Source of the DNA: Escherichia coli
GTDB lineage: Bacteria; Pseudomonadota; Gammaproteobacteria; Enterobacterales; Enterobacteriaceae
Assembly: GCF_029227855.1 (NCBI RefSeq)
Contig: NZ_CP074356.1
Reading direction: 5' to 3' (one strand)
Length of the DNA: 64,000 nt
The notes beneath the pieces were generated by a model. It was not told the DNA's origin and made no database searches. It saw only the letters and a program-made list of their open reading frames with translations. Each line of letters starts with the position of its first letter. The first letter of the stretch is position 1. This document shows, one piece after another, positions 59,653-64,000 of this stretch. Both the position numbers and the translations under genes were made by a program.

Positions 59653-60504
59653 ATGCTGAAGTACAGTAAAACGCCAGGCATCTTTAAATTAGAAGGTAAT
59701 CGGCTCGGACGCCCCTACCATCGCCTGCCGACCCTGTTTACGGGGAATTTTGACGTGATTGATTCGCATCTGGGCAGCTACTTTCTCAAAAAGCATCGCA
59801 GCAATATCACCTTAAAAAAGATTGGCTGCGAAATGGATATTATTAATAAAAACGCCGAACTGATGGTTTCCCAGGTCGGGCATCTGGCGTTTGATATTGA
59901 TCGCTCCTTGCTGTTAATGCTGCTGGGCAATTTTTATGGTCTGGAGTCGTCTCTTGAAGAGGCGAAAGCCCATAACGGGTTGCCGACCAAAACCGAAACG
60001 CGTTTAAAAAACCGTCTGGCGCTGGATATCTGCACGCTGATATTTAATCTGCAAACCTCCGGTATTGCGCTGAAATTAAAACTGGACAGCAGCACGGTGA
60101 TTACCCACTGGGCGTATCAATTAACCTTTACCCTTGCGGACGATGAAGAGAGCAGTTTTCGTATTTTGCTCGACGACGCCCACACCGATTTTATTTTGAA
60201 TCTGATCCGCCACAGCGAGCACAGTAAACCGCAGCAGGTGGCGAAATCCGTTAATAAACCGGCCCTGATTAAAGAAATCATCCGCTCCCTGCCGCTGACC
60301 CTGAACGTCAAAATCGCCGAACTGTCGCTGAATGTCGCGGATCTCACGCAGATAAAAGCCGGGGATATTTTACCCATCTCGCTGGGAGAAACGTTCCCGG
60401 TGGCGATTGGGCAATCTGAATTATTTAGCGCCCTGATTGTGGAAGACAAAGACAAACTGTTTTTGTCGGAGCTGGCGGGCAAAAATGAGAATAGCCATGA
60501 GTAA
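59653..60504 (+). CDS. lfiM: Flagellar motor switch protein (FliM-like, short form)
   Basis: 283 aa; first gene of the fliMNPQR-flhBA-type operon. Confidence 0.75.
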   Translation: MLKYSKTPGIFKLEGNRLGRPYHRLPTLFTGNFDVIDSHLGSYFLKKHRSNITLKKIGCEMDIINKNAELMVSQVGHLAFDIDRSLLLMLLGNFYGLESSLEEAKAHNGLPTKTETRLKNRLALDICTLIFNLQTSGIALKLKLDSSTVITHWAYQLTFTLADDEESSFRILLDDAHTDFILNLIRHSEHSKPQQVAKSVNKPALIKEIIRSLPLTLNVKIAELSLNVADLTQIKAGDILPISLGETFPVAIGQSELFSALIVEDKDKLFLSELAGKNENSHE

Positions 60505-60868
60505 GCAAGAAGATATTTTAGCCGGGGATTTTGGCCTCACCGATGAAGTTGCGCCTGTCGCGAAATCCGCCGACGCTGAAACGCTGGTCACCCGCCTGGA
60601 AGACCGCTTTTCCGACTCGATGACGCTGTTGAAACGCATTCCGGTGACCTTAACGCTGGAAGTGTCGTCGGTGGAAATTATGTTAGCCGACCTGCTAAAC
60701 ATCGACGACGACACGGTGATTGAGCTGGATAAACTCGCCGGGGAGCCGCTGGATATTAAAGTGAACAATATCCTGCTGGGCAAAGCAGAAGTGGTGGTGG
60801 TCAACGAGAAGTACGGCCTGCGCGTGCTGGAGTTTAACACCCGCGATATCAACGACCTGGCACCATGA
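60497..60868 (+). CDS. lfiN: Flagellar motor switch protein (FliN-like)
   Basis: 123 aa from MSKQEDIL; SpoA-type C-terminal domain; start overlaps the lfiM stop; track ORF starts at 60437. Confidence 0.75.
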   Translation: MSKQEDILAGDFGLTDEVAPVAKSADAETLVTRLEDRFSDSMTLLKRIPVTLTLEVSSVEIMLADLLNIDDDTVIELDKLAGEPLDIKVNNILLGKAEVVVVNEKYGLRVLEFNTRDINDLAP

Positions 60869-61617
60869 AACGCCGCACTCAACTGACGCTCGGCCTTGGG
60901 CTGCTGGCGCTTGCGCCGCTGGCGTTAGCCCAGGGTGGCGATATTGCGCTGCTTAACGTGGTCACCCACGGCAACACTCAGGAGTACAGCGTCAAAATCC
61001 AGGTGCTGATTCTGATGACCCTCGTCGGTTTGCTGCCGACGATGGTGCTGATGATGACCTGCTTTACGCGCTTTATTATCGTGCTGTCGCTGCTGCGCCA
61101 GGCGCTGGGGCTGCAACAAACGCCGCCAAACCGCATTCTGATTGGTATTGCGCTCTCCCTCACCATGCTGGTGATGCGCCCTATTTGGCTCAATATTTAC
61201 GACCACGCGGTGGTGCCGTTTGAAAACGATCAGATTACCCTAACCGATGCGTTAAACACCGCCGCGACGCCGCTGAAACGCTTTATGCTGGCGCAGACCG
61301 ACAAAAAAGCGATGGCGCAAATCATGACCATCGGCGGCGCGAAGGGCAATGCCGCCGACCAGGATCTCACGATTGTGGTGCCTGCCTATGTGTTGAGCGA
61401 ACTGAAAACCGCTTTCCAGATTGGCTTTATGATTTACATCCCGTTTCTGGTTATCGACCTGATTGTCGCCAGCGTACTGATGGCGATGGGGATGATGATG
61501 CTGTCGCCGCTGATTGTTTCGCTGCCCTTTAAACTGATGCTGTTTGTGCTGATCGACGGCTGGTCGCTGACCATCGGCACGCTCACCACCAGCATTCGCG
61601 GGCTGGGGCTGGGCTGA
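60865..61617 (+). CDS. lfiP: Flagellar export apparatus protein (FliP-like)
   Basis: 250 aa membrane protein with signal sequence. Confidence 0.9.
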   Translation: MKRRTQLTLGLGLLALAPLALAQGGDIALLNVVTHGNTQEYSVKIQVLILMTLVGLLPTMVLMMTCFTRFIIVLSLLRQALGLQQTPPNRILIGIALSLTMLVMRPIWLNIYDHAVVPFENDQITLTDALNTAATPLKRFMLAQTDKKAMAQIMTIGGAKGNAADQDLTIVVPAYVLSELKTAFQIGFMIYIPFLVIDLIVASVLMAMGMMMLSPLIVSLPFKLMLFVLIDGWSLTIGTLTTSIRGLGLG

Positions 61618-61619
61618 TT

Positions 61620-61892
61620 ATGTTGACCGTAGACGTAGCCGCCGACATTGTCGCCAGCGGCATTAAAGTAGTGATTTTGCTGGTTTCGGTACTGGTAGTG
61701 CCAAGCTTGCTGGTTGGCCTGCTGGTGAGCGTGTTCCAGGCGGTGACGCAGATTAACGAACAGACCCTGAGTTTTTTGCCGAGGCTGATTGTCACGCTGG
61801 TGGTGCTGGGCGTGTGCGGTAAATGGATGATTATCCAGTTGCATGATCTGTGCATTCATCTGTTTACCCAGGCCGCCCTGCTGGTGCATTAA
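61620..61892 (+). CDS. lfiQ: Flagellar export apparatus protein (FliQ-like)
   Basis: 90 aa, two TM helices. Confidence 0.85.
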   Translation: MLTVDVAADIVASGIKVVILLVSVLVVPSLLVGLLVSVFQAVTQINEQTLSFLPRLIVTLVVLGVCGKWMIIQLHDLCIHLFTQAALLVH

Positions 61893-61893
61893 G

Positions 61894-62676
61894 ATGCGCA
61901 CAAGCGACGTTACGCAACTGATGGATCTGGCGCTGGGGCTGTGGTTTCCCTTCGTGCGCATTATGGCGTTTCTGCGCTATGTGCCGGTGCTGGATAACAG
62001 CGCCCTGACCGTGCGCGTGCGGATTATTTTGTCGCTGGCGCTGGCAATCATCATCACGCCGTTGATCCCCCATCCCATTCCCCACGATCTGCTTTCACTC
62101 AACAGCCTGATCCTGACGGTGGAGCAAATTTTATGGGGCATGTTGTTCGGGCTGATGTTTCAGTTTCTGTTTCTCGCGCTACAACTGGCCGGACAAATTC
62201 TCTCGTTCAATATGGGGATGAGCATGGCGGTGATGAACGACCCGAGCAGCGGCGCATCGACCACCGTGCTGGCGGAGTTAATCAACGTCTATGCGATCCT
62301 GCTGTTTTTTGCCATGGACGGGCATCTGCTGCTGGTAAGCGTGCTGTATAAGGGCTTCACCTACTGGCCGATTGGTAACGCGCTGCATCCGCAAACCCTG
62401 CGCACCATCGCGCTGGCCTTTAGCTGGGTGCTGGCGTCCGCATCACTGCTGGCGCTGCCGACCACCTTCATCATGCTGATTGTGCAGGGCTGCTTTGGCC
62501 TGCTCAACCGCATCGCGCCGCCGCTGAACCTCTTTTCGCTCGGCTTTCCCATCAACATGCTGGCGGGGCTGGTTTGCTTTGCCACCCTGCTCTACAACCT
62601 GCCGGATCACTATCTGCATCTGGCGAATTTTGTGTTGCAGCAACTCGACGCGCTGAAAGGTCACTATGGCGGATAG
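61894..62676 (+). CDS. lfiR: Flagellar export apparatus protein (FliR-like)
   Basis: 260 aa multi-TM protein from MRTSDVTQL; track ORF starts at 61843. Confidence 0.8.
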   Translation: MRTSDVTQLMDLALGLWFPFVRIMAFLRYVPVLDNSALTVRVRIILSLALAIIITPLIPHPIPHDLLSLNSLILTVEQILWGMLFGLMFQFLFLALQLAGQILSFNMGMSMAVMNDPSSGASTTVLAELINVYAILLFFAMDGHLLLVSVLYKGFTYWPIGNALHPQTLRTIALAFSWVLASASLLALPTTFIMLIVQGCFGLLNRIAPPLNLFSLGFPINMLAGLVCFATLLYNLPDHYLHLANFVLQQLDALKGHYGG

Positions 62677-63805
62677 CAGCAGCGAAGAAAAAACAGAGAA
62701 ACCCTCGGCGCAAAAGCTGCGTAAAGCGCGTGAAGAGGGGCAACTGCCGCGCTCGAAGGATATGGGGCTGGCAGCGAGCCTGTTTGCAGCGTTTGTGGTG
62801 ATCTCCAGCAGTTTTCCGTGGTATGCCGATTTTGTGCGCGAGAGTTTTATCAGCGTGCATCAGTACGCGCAGGAGATTAATAACCCGCAGGTGATCGGTC
62901 AGTTTCTGCGCCACCACCTGTTAATTCTCGGCAAGTTTATCCTTACGTTGCTGCCGATGCCCGCCGCCGCGCTGCTCTCTTCGCTGGTGCCGGGCGGCTG
63001 GCTGTTTCTGCCGAAAAAAATCCTCCCGGATTTCAGCAAAATTAGCCCGTTAAAAGGCATTGGGCGTCTGTTTTCCAGTGAACATCTGGCGGAAACGGGA
63101 AAGATGACGGTGAAGTCTGCCGTGGTGCTGGTGATGCTGTGGGTAAGCCTGCGCAATAACTTTGCCGCCTTTCTCGGCCTGCAGGCGCTGCCGTTCAAAC
63201 TGGCGATGAATGACGGTTTGTCGCTCTACGCCAGCGTGATGCGCAACTTTGTCATCCTGTTTATTTTCTTTGCGCTTCTCGACGTGCCGCTGGCGAAAGC
63301 CCTGTTCACCAAAGGGCTGAAGATGACCAAACAAGAACTGAAAGAAGAGTACAAAAATCAGGAAGGCAAGCCGGAAGTGAAGGCGCGCGTGCGGCGGCTG
63401 CAACGGCAGCTGGCGATGGGGCAAATTCGCAAAGTGGTGCCAAAGGCCAACGTGGTGATCACCAACCCGACCCACTACGCCGTGGCGTTGCAGTATGACC
63501 AGTCGCGTGCCGCCGCGCCGTTTGTGGTGGCGAAAGGCACCGATGAAATCGCCCTCTATATTCGCCAGGTCGCTGCTGAAAGTCAGGTGGAAGTGGTCGA
63601 GTTCCCGCGGCTGGCGCGCTCGGTTTACTATACCACTCAGGTGAATCAGCAAATTCCTTTTCAGCTTTACCGGGCTATCGCCCACGTTCTGACCTACGTC
63701 CTGCAAATGAAACACTGGCGCGAGGGCGCACAGCCGCGCCCGGCCCTGAACAGACATATTTCCATTCCCAAAGAGGTGCTTAAACTGGATGGCGAAAACA
63801 ACTAA
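62666..63805 (+). CDS. lfhB: Flagellar export apparatus switch protein (FlhB-like)
   Basis: 379 aa; NPTH autocleavage motif (VVITNPTHYAVAL). Confidence 0.9.
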   Translation: MADSSSEEKTEKPSAQKLRKAREEGQLPRSKDMGLAASLFAAFVVISSSFPWYADFVRESFISVHQYAQEINNPQVIGQFLRHHLLILGKFILTLLPMPAAALLSSLVPGGWLFLPKKILPDFSKISPLKGIGRLFSSEHLAETGKMTVKSAVVLVMLWVSLRNNFAAFLGLQALPFKLAMNDGLSLYASVMRNFVILFIFFALLDVPLAKALFTKGLKMTKQELKEEYKNQEGKPEVKARVRRLQRQLAMGQIRKVVPKANVVITNPTHYAVALQYDQSRAAAPFVVAKGTDEIALYIRQVAAESQVEVVEFPRLARSVYYTTQVNQQIPFQLYRAIAHVLTYVLQMKHWREGAQPRPALNRHISIPKEVLKLDGENN

Positions 63806-64000
63806 ATCGTTCCTCGCGCTGCTGCGCGGCGGCAATCTCGGCGTGCCGCTGGTCATTCTATGCATTCTGGCAATGGTTATTCTGCCGCTGCCGCCTGCGC
63901 TGCTGGATATTCTGTTCACCTTCAACATTGTGCTGGCGGTGATGGTGCTGCTGGTGGCGGTGTCAGCGAAAAGGCCGCTGGAATTCAGCCTGTTCCCGAC
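63789..64000 (+). CDS. lfhA: Flagellar export gate protein (FlhA-like), N-terminal part; 3' end outside window
   Basis: MAKTTKSFLALLRGGNLGVPLVILCILAMVILPLPP..., FlhA-like N-terminal TM region; start overlaps the lfhB end. Confidence 0.85.
   Translation, partial: MAKTTKSFLALLRGGNLGVPLVILCILAMVILPLPPALLDILFTFNIVLAVMVLLVAVSAKRPLEFSLFP

Overview
This 64 kb window is an Escherichia coli-type chromosome segment, in reverse orientation relative to the usual K-12 map, and its most interesting content is a reverse-transcriptase plus nitrilase defence locus. Gene identities were read by eye from the six-frame translations and no database search was run; coordinates of ORFs come from the supplied track, while hand-placed sites (hairpins, boxes, repeats) may be off by a few bases. 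Layout: (1) 1-7014, end of the ecp pilus operon, ykgJ, yagU and paoABCD (periplasmic aldehyde oxidoreductase); (2) 7005-17572, an accessory segment ending at tRNA-Thr (thrW), containing a LysR regulator / secreted hydrolase / MFS transporter module, an AbiEi-AbiEii pair, the reverse transcriptase and nitrilase ORFs that overlap at a T4 tract, an orphan ORF, and decayed Ner-like and integrase fragments beside the tRNA; (3) 17687-28527, core genes proA, proB, phoE, crl, frsA, gpt, pepD, decayed rtcB/prfH, and dinB-yafNOP; (4) 28598-64000, an apparently complete Flag-2 lateral flagellar cluster (lafU to lfhA) with an embedded putative glycosylation module. The RT-nitrilase pair matches the architecture of DRT type 1 anti-phage reverse transcriptases; removing one T at 14879-14882 would fuse the two ORFs into one ~1068-aa protein. 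No CRISPR array, rRNA or intact mobile element was seen.
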